Shown: piece by piece, positions 36,781 through 45,104 of the stretch
Layout: each line of letters begins with the position of its first letter
How positions within the stretch are numbered: the first letter of the stretch is position 1
Assembly: GCA_029974835.1 (NCBI GenBank)
Contig: JARKQN010000039.1
Span: 15,127-79,126 of the forward strand
Direction of reading: 5' to 3'
Length of the DNA stretch: 64,000 bases
Origin: Bacteroidales bacterium
Lineage (GTDB): Bacteria > Bacteroidota > Bacteroidia > Bacteroidales > VadinHA17
Program-made: the position numbers and the translations under genes
The notes under the pieces: generated by a model
What the model was told of the DNA's origin: nothing
Seen by the model: only the letters and a program-made list of their open reading frames with translations
The model's database searches: none

Positions 36781-38732
36781 TCTTCTGAATTGTTTAAAAA
36801 GTCATCAAGCTCCCTGTGATATTGTTCCCACAGCCTCATTTTTGTCTCCAGAATTTCCCTGAGCTTTAAATAACGCCTGAAGAAGTCGTCTGTTTTTTCG
36901 TAATTACTTCCGCTTTCGGCCAGTTTTGCGTCCATTTCCGACAATTCCCTTTCGGCATCATCAATTTCTTTTTCGATACTTTCCACCTGTCGTTTAAGCC
37001 TCCTCAGGGTGCGTTCAAAGTCTTTTTTCTCCCTGTATTTCAATTTGTTCCCGGAGCCTTCCTCCATTTCAGGCAAGTTGCCACGGTCGGGGTTATTGTC
37101 TTTTCTCTCCAGTTCCTTAAGGCTCTCAATCTTCTTTTTTCTTATAAAATCGCCTATTCCTCCTATATGTTCTTTTATTTTTTTGTTTCTGAATTCATAC
37201 ACTTTTTCAACCAGTCCGTCGAGAAAATCCCTGTCGTGCGAAACAACAATTAATGTGCCATCGTATTTTATAAGAGCCTGTTTCAGTATTTCCCGGGCTT
37301 TCATGTCGAGATGGTTTGTCGGTTCGTCAAGAACCAGAAGGTTATAGGGTTCAAGCAGAAGTCGAACCAGGGCGAGACGTGAGCGTTCTCCCCCCGAGAG
37401 CACCTTCAGCTTTTTGTCAACATCCCCGCCCCTGAAAAGAAATGCGCCGAGGATATCCCTTATCCGGGTTCTTATATCGCCTGTAGCGGCATCGTCAATT
37501 GCCTGAAACACGGTTTTATCGTCATTCAGGGCGCGGTCGTGGTTCTGGGCATAATAACCCGTTTTTACATTATGTCCGATTTTAAAGAAGCCGGTATAAT
37601 CGAGTTCCCCGGCAATAATTCTCGAAAGAGTGGTTTTACCTTCCCCGTTGCGGCCGACAAAGGCAACTTTCTCTCCCCTGGTGACCGTAAGCGAAATATT
37701 CTCAAGAACTGTTTTTTCTCCGTACGATTTCGAAAGGTTTTCAGCTTTCAGAACAACATCTCCCGAGCGTGGAGCGGGCGCAAACTTTATATTAATTGCT
37801 GAATTGTCTTCCTCCTCAATCTCAATCCTTTCAAGCTTGTTGAGCTGCTTAATCCTGGCCTGTACCTGTACAGCTTTGGTTGCCTTGTACCTGAATCTTT
37901 CAATGAATTTTTCGGTATCGGCGATAAGTTTCTGCTGGTTGCGGTAAGCGGCAAGCTGTGACTCGCGTCTTTCCTGCCGCATTATGACGTAACCTGACCA
38001 TGAATCATTATAATCGTAAATTTTTCCGAGTGAGATTTCGATAGTTCTCCGGGTTACATTGTTCAGGAATGCTTTGTCGTGCGATACGACAATCACTGCA
38101 CCGGGAAAAGACTCCAGGAAAGATTCGAGCCACTGTATTGACTCAATGTCGAGGTGGTTGGTTGGTTCATCGAGGAGCATGAGATCGGGCCGGGTAAGAA
38201 TAATTTTTGCAAGTTCAATTCTCATTCTCCAGCCTTCACTCAGTTCGGATGTTGGCCTTTCGAATTCATCCCTTTCAAACCCCAGTCCTGTCAGGGTCCT
38301 CTCGGTATCGGCCAGGTAATTGGTTCCCCCCATGATACGGAATTGTTCCTCGGCGGCGGCAAGTTTTTCGCAAAGTTTCAGGTATTCCGCCGAGTGATGA
38401 TCGTCCCTCTCGGCCACCTGCCTTGTGTACTCATCAATCAGAGCCGACAACCTGAAAATCTCGGAAAAGGCTTTCAAAGTCTCGTCAAGAACCGTAGTTG
38501 TATCCGATGTTTTCATCTGCTGGGGAAGGTAACCGATACGGAAATCGTTGGGTGTGCTTACCCTTCCCGATGTCGGATTCTGTAATCCGGCAATGATCCT
38601 GAGGAGAGTGGTTTTGCCCGATCCGTTCCTCCCGGTAAGTCCTATCCTGTCGGTTTTATTGACAAGAAAGGAAATATCATCAAGCAGGTCAAATCCTCCG
38701 AATGAAACTGTTATATTCTGAACAGAAACCAT
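36777..38732 (-). CDS. ABC-F family ATPase (two ABC cassettes, no TM domain, coiled C-terminal extension)
   Basis: Walker A GRNGSGKTT and GRNGEGKTT. Signatures LSEGWRMRIELA and LSGGERSRLAL. Walker B LMLLDEPTNHLD and LLVLDEPTNHLD. Confidence 0.9.
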   Translation of the reverse strand: MVSVQNITVSFGGFDLLDDISFLVNKTDRIGLTGRNGSGKTTLLRIIAGLQNPTSGRVSTPNDFRIGYLPQQMKTSDTTTVLDETLKAFSEIFRLSALIDEYTRQVAERDDHHSAEYLKLCEKLAAAEEQFRIMGGTNYLADTERTLTGLGFERDEFERPTSELSEGWRMRIELAKIILTRPDLMLLDEPTNHLDIESIQWLESFLESFPGAVIVVSHDKAFLNNVTRRTIEISLGKIYDYNDSWSGYVIMRQERRESQLAAYRNQQKLIADTEKFIERFRYKATKAVQVQARIKQLNKLERIEIEEEDNSAINIKFAPAPRSGDVVLKAENLSKSYGEKTVLENISLTVTRGEKVAFVGRNGEGKTTLSRIIAGELDYTGFFKIGHNVKTGYYAQNHDRALNDDKTVFQAIDDAATGDIRTRIRDILGAFLFRGGDVDKKLKVLSGGERSRLALVRLLLEPYNLLVLDEPTNHLDMKAREILKQALIKYDGTLIVVSHDRDFLDGLVEKVYEFRNKKIKEHIGGIGDFIRKKKIESLKELERKDNNPDRGNLPEMEEGSGNKLKYREKKDFERTLRRLKRQVESIEKEIDDAERELSEMDAKLAESGSNYEKTDDFFRRYLKLREILETKMRLWEQYHRELDDFLNNSEE

Positions 38733-38773
38733 AGATGCATAAAACAGGAGGCAAAGATATGAAATGGTTTATG

Positions 38774-38781
38774 TAACTTTG
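38774..38781 (+). promoter_or_regulatory. -7 box TAacTTTG
   Basis: TAACTTTG lies 54 nt upstream of the TTG start at 38835. Confidence 0.4.
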
Positions 38782-38834
38782 TTTACGGAATGTTTTTACA
38801 GAGACATATTGTAATATAATTAAAAATCAGGGCA

Positions 38835-40085
38835 TTGGCTAACAGGAAATTTTTACCGGCACGAAGGCAGATAACCGGTCTGATGCTTTTGGTTTCCGTA
38901 ATTCTGCTTCATTCCTGCGGCAGGGAAGAGGAGAAGGGCTATGAGTATCTGATTTCGGCTGAAAAGGCGTTAAGTTATTCGCCCGTTTACATAGGTAATC
39001 TTGTTAACGCCGCTGCGGCCTATTACCCGGAGATTGACCAGATAAAGCCTCTCATTTCGGACGGTGTGGATGTTTATACTGTCATCTACAAAACAATGCT
39101 TGACGGAAAAGCCATCGAGGCTTCAGGGTTGATGTGTGTTCCCCAGGCGGCGGGAAAGTTCCCCGTGATATGTTTTCAGAACGGCACAAACACTGTGGAT
39201 GCTTATGCTCCGTCGAATTTTCCCCTGAACACACAATACCAGATGATCGAAATAATTGCCTCGATGGGCTATGTGGTTCTGATTCCTGATTACCCCGGTT
39301 TCGGGGCATCGGCCGGAAAGCCTCATCCTTACCTGATCAGGGAGCCGACCGTAAGGGCAGTGACTGATATGATCAGGGCGGCGAAAGAAGCCGGCGGCAA
39401 TCTGATAAAGGATATTGAGGCAGATAACCTTCTGGCATTTATTGGTTATTCACAGGGAGGATGGGCAACGATGGCTCTTCATAAGGCATTTGAAACTGAA
39501 TACGGCAATGAATTTGAACTGGCGGGAAGCGTATGCGGTGCAGGTCCTTACGATATCACTTACCTTTTCAGTTCGATGATAAACACTGATGTATATCCAA
39601 TGCCGGTTTACATTGGCTATATTGTCAACGCCTATTCATATTACAAACAGTTTACCAATCCTGTCACTGACATACTGAATGAGCCTTACGCCACCAGTCT
39701 TGCAGGCCTGTATAACGGTAAGCTTGATTTCAGCCAGATCAATGCACAGCTTACAACTTCGGTTCAGGCCCTTGTAAATTCATCCTTTCTGGCAGGTTTC
39801 AGCACAGATGCGCATTACGAGAGTGTTAGAAATGCAATGGTTTTAAACAGCATTGCCCCCTGGCACACCACCAAACCATTGTACCTGATTCATGGCGGAA
39901 ACGATACCCAGGTGAACCCGCAGGTTACGGAATATTTTTACAACCGTCTCATTGAGGCAGGCAGTTCACCTTCCACAGTGAAGAAGGAGATACTTCCCGG
40001 ACTTGATCATGGTGATGCCGCAGTACCGGCCATCGTTAAGGGTTTGGTTTTCATAAACGATCTGATGAAGGGTGCAGGGAAGTAA
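38835..40085 (+). CDS. Alpha/beta-hydrolase lipoprotein (lipase/esterase-like)
   Basis: Lipoprotein signal LLVSVILLHSC. Nucleophile elbow GYSQGGW, acid context HGGNDTQV, and His context LDHGD. Confidence 0.6.
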   Translation: MANRKFLPARRQITGLMLLVSVILLHSCGREEEKGYEYLISAEKALSYSPVYIGNLVNAAAAYYPEIDQIKPLISDGVDVYTVIYKTMLDGKAIEASGLMCVPQAAGKFPVICFQNGTNTVDAYAPSNFPLNTQYQMIEIIASMGYVVLIPDYPGFGASAGKPHPYLIREPTVRAVTDMIRAAKEAGGNLIKDIEADNLLAFIGYSQGGWATMALHKAFETEYGNEFELAGSVCGAGPYDITYLFSSMINTDVYPMPVYIGYIVNAYSYYKQFTNPVTDILNEPYATSLAGLYNGKLDFSQINAQLTTSVQALVNSSFLAGFSTDAHYESVRNAMVLNSIAPWHTTKPLYLIHGGNDTQVNPQVTEYFYNRLIEAGSSPSTVKKEILPGLDHGDAAVPAIVKGLVFINDLMKGAGK

Positions 40086-40101
40086 ATGTAAGAATCAGGG
40101 G

Positions 40102-41508
40102 ATGAGTGAAATATCCAGATACCAGTTATTGGAGAAGATTGTGGTGGAAAGCATGAGCTCTGACGGCAGGGCCGTGGCACGATACGGCGACATGGTGATA
40201 TTCATTCCTTTTGCGGCACCCGGAGACATAATTGATCTTAAAGTAACATCAAGGCGGAAAAACTACCTGGAGGGCGTTATTGCCGGGTTTCATCATTATT
40301 CCGAAGACCGGACTGAACCGGTATGCCCTCATTTCGGAACCTGCGGAGGCTGCACGTGGCAGTATATGAAATATGAGAGGCAGCTCGCTTGCAAGCAGGA
40401 GATCATTGGAGATGTAATAAAAAGGATTGGAAAAATTGACGATGTACCTGTTTCCCCGATTCTTGAGTCGCCCGAACCGTATTATTACCGCAATAAGCTT
40501 GAATACACCTTTTCTTCAAACCGTTGGCTTTCTGAAGATGAGATAAACAGCGGATTGCCGGTGGATCGCACTCATGCCCTTGGCTTTCATAAACCGGGTT
40601 TCTTCGACCGTGTCATTGACATAAAGGAGTGTCACCTCCAGCCTGAGCCTACAAATGCCATCAGGAATGCTGTAAGAGATTACGCACTGAAAAAAAATCT
40701 TTCATTCTACAATATTAAAAACCATACCGGCTACCTGAGGAACCTTATTGTCAGGAACACAACCGACGGCCAGGCAATGGTTATTGTGGTATTCAGTTCT
40801 GATGAAAGGAAACAGGCTGCCGGCTTACTCGATTTTATAAAGAGCGGATTTCCGGCCGTAACATCCCTTTATTACGTGATAAACGGTAAGAAAAATGATT
40901 CAATTTCCGATCTTGCCCCGGTGCTCTGGTACGGGAATGAACACCTTGTCTCGGAAATAGACGGTTTCAGGTTCAGAGTAGGTCCAAATTCATTCTACCA
41001 GACCAACTCACGACAGGCGGCAAGACTTTATGAAACGATCAGGACACTTGCTTCTCTTTCCGGAAATGAGGTCGTTTATGACCTTTACACGGGCACAGGC
41101 ACCATAGCATGTTTTATCGCGGCAAAGGCAAAGAGAGTTATCGGGCTGGAATATGTTGGTGCAGCGGTTGAGGATGCAACTGCCAATGCAAAATCGAACG
41201 GGATTGAGAATGTAAGTTTCCATACCGGCGACATAAAACAACTCCTTGGAGAGGGCATGTTCAGGAAGGAAGGCAGCCCGGATGTGATCATTACCGATCC
41301 TCCCCGTTCGGGAATGCATGCGGATGTGACCGGCGAAATACTCGCTGCAGGACCTTCAAGGATTGTTTATGTCAGTTGTAACGCCTCAACCCAGGCCAGG
41401 GATATCAATATCCTTCATGAAAAGTATGAGGTGAAACATATCCGGCCTGTCGACATGTTTCCCCAGACCCCCCATATTGAAAATATAGTTCTTCTCACCC
41501 GCAGGTGA
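40102..41508 (+). CDS. rlmD: 23S rRNA (uracil-C5)-methyltransferase, RlmD/RumA type
   Basis: A TRAM-like N-terminus is present. Fe-S Cys cluster CPHFGTCGGCTWQ, SAM motif DLYTGTGT, and catalytic VSCN. I prefer the ATG at 40102; the track start at 40072 is a GTG overlapping the upstream gene. Confidence 0.85.
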   Translation: MSEISRYQLLEKIVVESMSSDGRAVARYGDMVIFIPFAAPGDIIDLKVTSRRKNYLEGVIAGFHHYSEDRTEPVCPHFGTCGGCTWQYMKYERQLACKQEIIGDVIKRIGKIDDVPVSPILESPEPYYYRNKLEYTFSSNRWLSEDEINSGLPVDRTHALGFHKPGFFDRVIDIKECHLQPEPTNAIRNAVRDYALKKNLSFYNIKNHTGYLRNLIVRNTTDGQAMVIVVFSSDERKQAAGLLDFIKSGFPAVTSLYYVINGKKNDSISDLAPVLWYGNEHLVSEIDGFRFRVGPNSFYQTNSRQAARLYETIRTLASLSGNEVVYDLYTGTGTIACFIAAKAKRVIGLEYVGAAVEDATANAKSNGIENVSFHTGDIKQLLGEGMFRKEGSPDVIITDPPRSGMHADVTGEILAAGPSRIVYVSCNASTQARDINILHEKYEVKHIRPVDMFPQTPHIENIVLLTRR

Positions 41509-41589
41509 AAGTAACCTGTTCTGATTCTGTAAAAATTACGGAATTACAGTTTTTTAAATTAATTTTATTTCTTTGTTTGCGGGAAGGAA

Positions 41590-42408
41590 ATGCACGGGGA
41601 AAGTACATACCAGTCGGAGATGCTTGCAAAGGCGGGCCTGCAGGCTTTTGACGAACACCTGTCGAGCCTCCGCTATGCAGGAATGATTCAGCATGCCCTC
41701 ATGCCTGATGAGGAAACACTTTCAGGCATCCTTAAAGATTATTTTATTCTTTTCCTTCCGCGGGATATCGTCAGCGGAGATTTTTATTATGCATTTTCCA
41801 ACCGCGAGTACCTTTGCGTGGCGGCAGGCGACTGCACGGGTCACGGCGTACCTGGAGCACTTCTCAGTATTCTTGGCATCAGTTTCCTTAACGAAATAAT
41901 GCAATCGGAGAAATGCATGAAAGCCAACCGGGTGCTGAACATGATGAGAGAAAGGGTAATGAAGGCGCTCCATCAGACCGGAGAGAAATCGGGCACAAAA
42001 GACAGCATTGACATAGCCCTTTGCATCGTAAGCCTCAAAACAGGTGAGATGCAGTATGCCGGAGCAAACAGACCGCTTGTAATGATAAGAAATGGTGAAC
42101 TGACAGAATATAAGCCCGACCTGATGACAATAGGGCTTGCCCCGGTAGAAGAACGTGCCTTTAAAAATAATTATATCGGTACCAGACCCGGAGATATGTT
42201 CTATCTTTTCTCCGACGGATTCCCCGACCAGTTCGGGGAGGAATCAAACAAAAAACTGAAAAACAAAAATTTCAGAAAAATTCTCGAAACCGCATCCTCT
42301 TTAACCATGATGAAGGACCAGAAGGCATTTCTTGAAAACAGTTTCTTTGAATGGCGGGGCAAAATGCCACAGGTGGATGATGTCCTTATTTTTGGATTTA
42401 AACTTTGA
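41590..42408 (+). CDS. Stand-alone PPM/PP2C-type (SpoIIE/RsbU-like) protein phosphatase catalytic domain
   Basis: Metal-binding motifs seen: IVSGDFYY, AAGDCTGHGVPGALL, LFSDGFPDQFG and a terminal QVDDVLIFGF. It is 272 aa with no TM or recognisable sensor domain. Confidence 0.85.
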   Translation: MHGESTYQSEMLAKAGLQAFDEHLSSLRYAGMIQHALMPDEETLSGILKDYFILFLPRDIVSGDFYYAFSNREYLCVAAGDCTGHGVPGALLSILGISFLNEIMQSEKCMKANRVLNMMRERVMKALHQTGEKSGTKDSIDIALCIVSLKTGEMQYAGANRPLVMIRNGELTEYKPDLMTIGLAPVEERAFKNNYIGTRPGDMFYLFSDGFPDQFGEESNKKLKNKNFRKILETASSLTMMKDQKAFLENSFFEWRGKMPQVDDVLIFGFKL

Positions 42409-42411
42409 GTT

Positions 42412-44694
42412 ATGTACATGAAACTTTGCGCCTTCAGGATCAGAAATTTCAGATCGATAACCGATACCGGCTGGCAGAATCTGTCGCCCGACAATATCAC
42501 CTGCCTGATAGGACAGAATGAGTCAGGCAAAACATCCATCCTTGAAGGGCTAAGATCATTCTATACCGGCTCAATTTCAGAAGATGTTCTGAGAAGCGAC
42601 CTCACCCTGCCGGAAATTTCCTGCCGTTTTAATGTGAACAACGGATGGCTCTCGGATGTGACGGAAAACCCCGGCTCGGAACTGAAAGAACTTCTGTCGG
42701 AACTCACCACCGTGGAACTGACCAGAAACTGGCTGCCCGATTTCTCCTCAACAATAAAAGTCAGCGGAAGGATAAGTGAATACCTCGATTCCCTCGAAAA
42801 TGCCTGGGGACTCTATCTTAATGAGGTGAAAGCCAAACTGGAAAAGGAGATTGAGGAAATTAACCGGCTCAAATCAAGACTTGACGAAATAATGTCCCTG
42901 AAGGCTGATATTATAATGAGGGCAAATCCCGCTGCAGGCAAAGGAATGGTGGGGCGCCTGTTCAGGAAGTCGGAGGGAGGTCTGGTTGAAAGATTGCCGG
43001 CCGATCAGAAGCATAAATTCAACGACCTGGTTAAGGAAGAGGAGTCAGTCAGAAAAACCCTGGCCGGAAAAAAGGAGATTGCCGATGCAGGGTTAAAGTA
43101 TGGTGCCCTGCTCGCCGGTCTTGAGGAGACAGACAGAAAGCTGGATGACCTTGAATCGAAGCTTGAAGAGTATCACCAGAAAATGACCCTTCTGCTGATG
43201 CCGATGGATAAGACTGAAGATCCGGAATGGACCAAAGTGCTGGAAGATTTCCGGAATAACAGGATGGCAAAGGAGAAGCTTAAATCAGACATGGAAGCAC
43301 ACATTGCCTTCAGCGGCTATCTGATGGAAGGGAGAAGCCCCGAAGAATCGCAGATGCTTACCCTTGAGGCGATGCGCAGGTACAAGTCGCAGTACACAAG
43401 CGAAATGCTCGGCAGGAAGTACTTTGAGTATTGTCCTGATATTGAAATGTTTGAAGATTTCGGAAGCCTGCTGCCCAACAGGATTGACCTTGAAGATATT
43501 ATTACAGGGAACGAAAACGTTGAAGGATACAAGGCAGCAAGAAATTTTCTTACACTGGCAAAACTTGATTATTCATTCTTTCAGCAGCCGTCGAGCAGAA
43601 TACTGAAACAAAAGATTGAAAACCTGAACAATACACTTACCGTTAATTTCCAGGATTTCTGGCAGCAGTCGATCGGCCGCAACAACAAGATAAAGATTCA
43701 GTTTGAGCTTGACCACTACAGCCTTAATTACAGTGACAAGGCCGGCAAGCCTTACCTTGAATTCTGGGTGAAAGACTCGGGGGAGAGACTGTATCCCAAA
43801 CAGAGAAGCAGGGGAGTGAGATGGTTCCTTTCATTTTACATGGAGCTGAAGGCATCGGCAATGCGGAGTACAAAGCCAATGGTACTTCTTGTTGATGAGC
43901 CGGGAATTAGTCTGCATGCAAGAGCGCAGGAAGATGTGCTGAAAGTTTTTGAAGACATTAAGGACAGGATACAGATTATTTATACAACTCATTCGCCGCA
44001 TCTCGTTGATGTTAACAAGATGCACCGTATTCTCGCAGTGCAGCGAGACGATCTGGACAACCTGAAGAGTACAACAAGGGTTCTTGATCCCCTGAAACTT
44101 GCATCGGCTTCGCCTGACACTCTTACGCCACTGCAGAATATAATGGGCAATCCGCTCCCCTCTGAAGGCTTTTCGGCAAACCGTCTTAACCTGATTGTAA
44201 ACGACACCGGTACATTTTATCTGATTTCCTGTATTATCCAGGTTACAGGCTTTAAAGGGAAAATAAGTATTATACCCTCCACCGACGTTTCTTCAATACC
44301 GCTCATGTGCAATATTATGATGGGCTGGGGTTTAAAATTTGCCGTTCTCCTGTTCGGCAATGAAAGGGAAAGAAAGCTGGAGGAGTATCTTAAGGAGAAT
44401 ATGTTCAGGCCCGGGGATAAGGAGGGTGATTATCTGATTGTTACCGATCCAAGGTTCCTCAATGCGGAGGATTTGTTGTCGACGCTCGATTTCAAGAATC
44501 ATGTGCTTAAAACAAGGGAAGGAATTACAGTGCCCAATTCTGTCTATATGGAAGAGAAGGAACTGCCGAGAAGTTTTCTCCTAAGCAGGCTGCTGGGCGA
44601 TGTAAGGCAGGGACGGATAGAGCCTGGCGATTTTGACGAGGAGACGCACGAGAATTTCCGGTACCTGGTTGAGCTGCTTAAGGGTTTTAAATGA
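42412..44694 (+). CDS. OLD/SMC-like ABC-type ATPase with long coiled-coil insert and degenerate Toprim-like C-terminal domain
   Basis: Walker A is GQNESGKTS (aa 34-42). A charged heptad-rich region spans aa 125-330. A signature-like QRSRGVRWFLSF (aa 464-475), Walker B VLLVDEPG (491-498) and H-loop TTHSPH follow. A C-terminal domain of about 170 aa contains LNLIVNDTG and FAVLLFGNE. The ATG is 3 nt after the phosphatase stop. Confidence 0.7.
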   Translation: MYMKLCAFRIRNFRSITDTGWQNLSPDNITCLIGQNESGKTSILEGLRSFYTGSISEDVLRSDLTLPEISCRFNVNNGWLSDVTENPGSELKELLSELTTVELTRNWLPDFSSTIKVSGRISEYLDSLENAWGLYLNEVKAKLEKEIEEINRLKSRLDEIMSLKADIIMRANPAAGKGMVGRLFRKSEGGLVERLPADQKHKFNDLVKEEESVRKTLAGKKEIADAGLKYGALLAGLEETDRKLDDLESKLEEYHQKMTLLLMPMDKTEDPEWTKVLEDFRNNRMAKEKLKSDMEAHIAFSGYLMEGRSPEESQMLTLEAMRRYKSQYTSEMLGRKYFEYCPDIEMFEDFGSLLPNRIDLEDIITGNENVEGYKAARNFLTLAKLDYSFFQQPSSRILKQKIENLNNTLTVNFQDFWQQSIGRNNKIKIQFELDHYSLNYSDKAGKPYLEFWVKDSGERLYPKQRSRGVRWFLSFYMELKASAMRSTKPMVLLVDEPGISLHARAQEDVLKVFEDIKDRIQIIYTTHSPHLVDVNKMHRILAVQRDDLDNLKSTTRVLDPLKLASASPDTLTPLQNIMGNPLPSEGFSANRLNLIVNDTGTFYLISCIIQVTGFKGKISIIPSTDVSSIPLMCNIMMGWGLKFAVLLFGNERERKLEEYLKENMFRPGDKEGDYLIVTDPRFLNAEDLLSTLDFKNHVLKTREGITVPNSVYMEEKELPRSFLLSRLLGDVRQGRIEPGDFDEETHENFRYLVELLKGFK

Positions 44695-44757
44695 AAATTT
44701 ATTTTGCTCTTACAGCAGGTTTTTTTACTTTTGTGACGCAAATTTGTTTTGAATTGA

Positions 44758-44845
<88 letters not shown>

Positions 44846-44859
44846 ACCCGGAAATTACC

Positions 44860-44893
44860 CCCGCAACTGTTAAGCTGCGGGATTTTTATTTTT
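44860..44893 (+). terminator. Intrinsic terminator after tRNA-Ser
   Basis: Stem cccgcaact / agctgcggg has one mismatch and loop gtta. It is followed by tttttattttt. Confidence 0.6.
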
Positions 44894-44924
44894 CTGCCCT
44901 GCCGGACCCCTTTTCACCTCAACC

Positions 44925-44996
44925 CACTCTCACTCTCACTCTCACACTCACTCTCACACTCACACTCACACTCACTCTCACACTCACTCTCACACC
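44925..44996. repeat. G-free hexamer microsatellite (CACWCT)x12
   Basis: Twelve consecutive units (cactct x3, cacact, cactct, cacact x3, cactct, cacact, cactct, cacacc). There is no G on the + strand for more than 70 nt. The same motif occurs at 28595-28624. Confidence 0.9.
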
Positions 44997-45045
44997 CTCC
45001 TCTCCATGGGTGCTTATACGGAGCATTTTATTTCCATTTACCTTA

Positions 45046-45080
45046 AAGAAAAAAGCCGGTCCTGATGAAGGAACCGGCTT
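45046..45080 (-). terminator. Intrinsic terminator of the FadL-like gene
   Basis: 11-bp stem aagccggtcc / ggaaccggctt with loop tgatgaa. On the - strand it is followed by a T-run (the + strand A-run at 45049-45054). Confidence 0.65.
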
Positions 45081-45104
45081 ATTCTGTCATAGGTTAGTAT
45101 AGTT

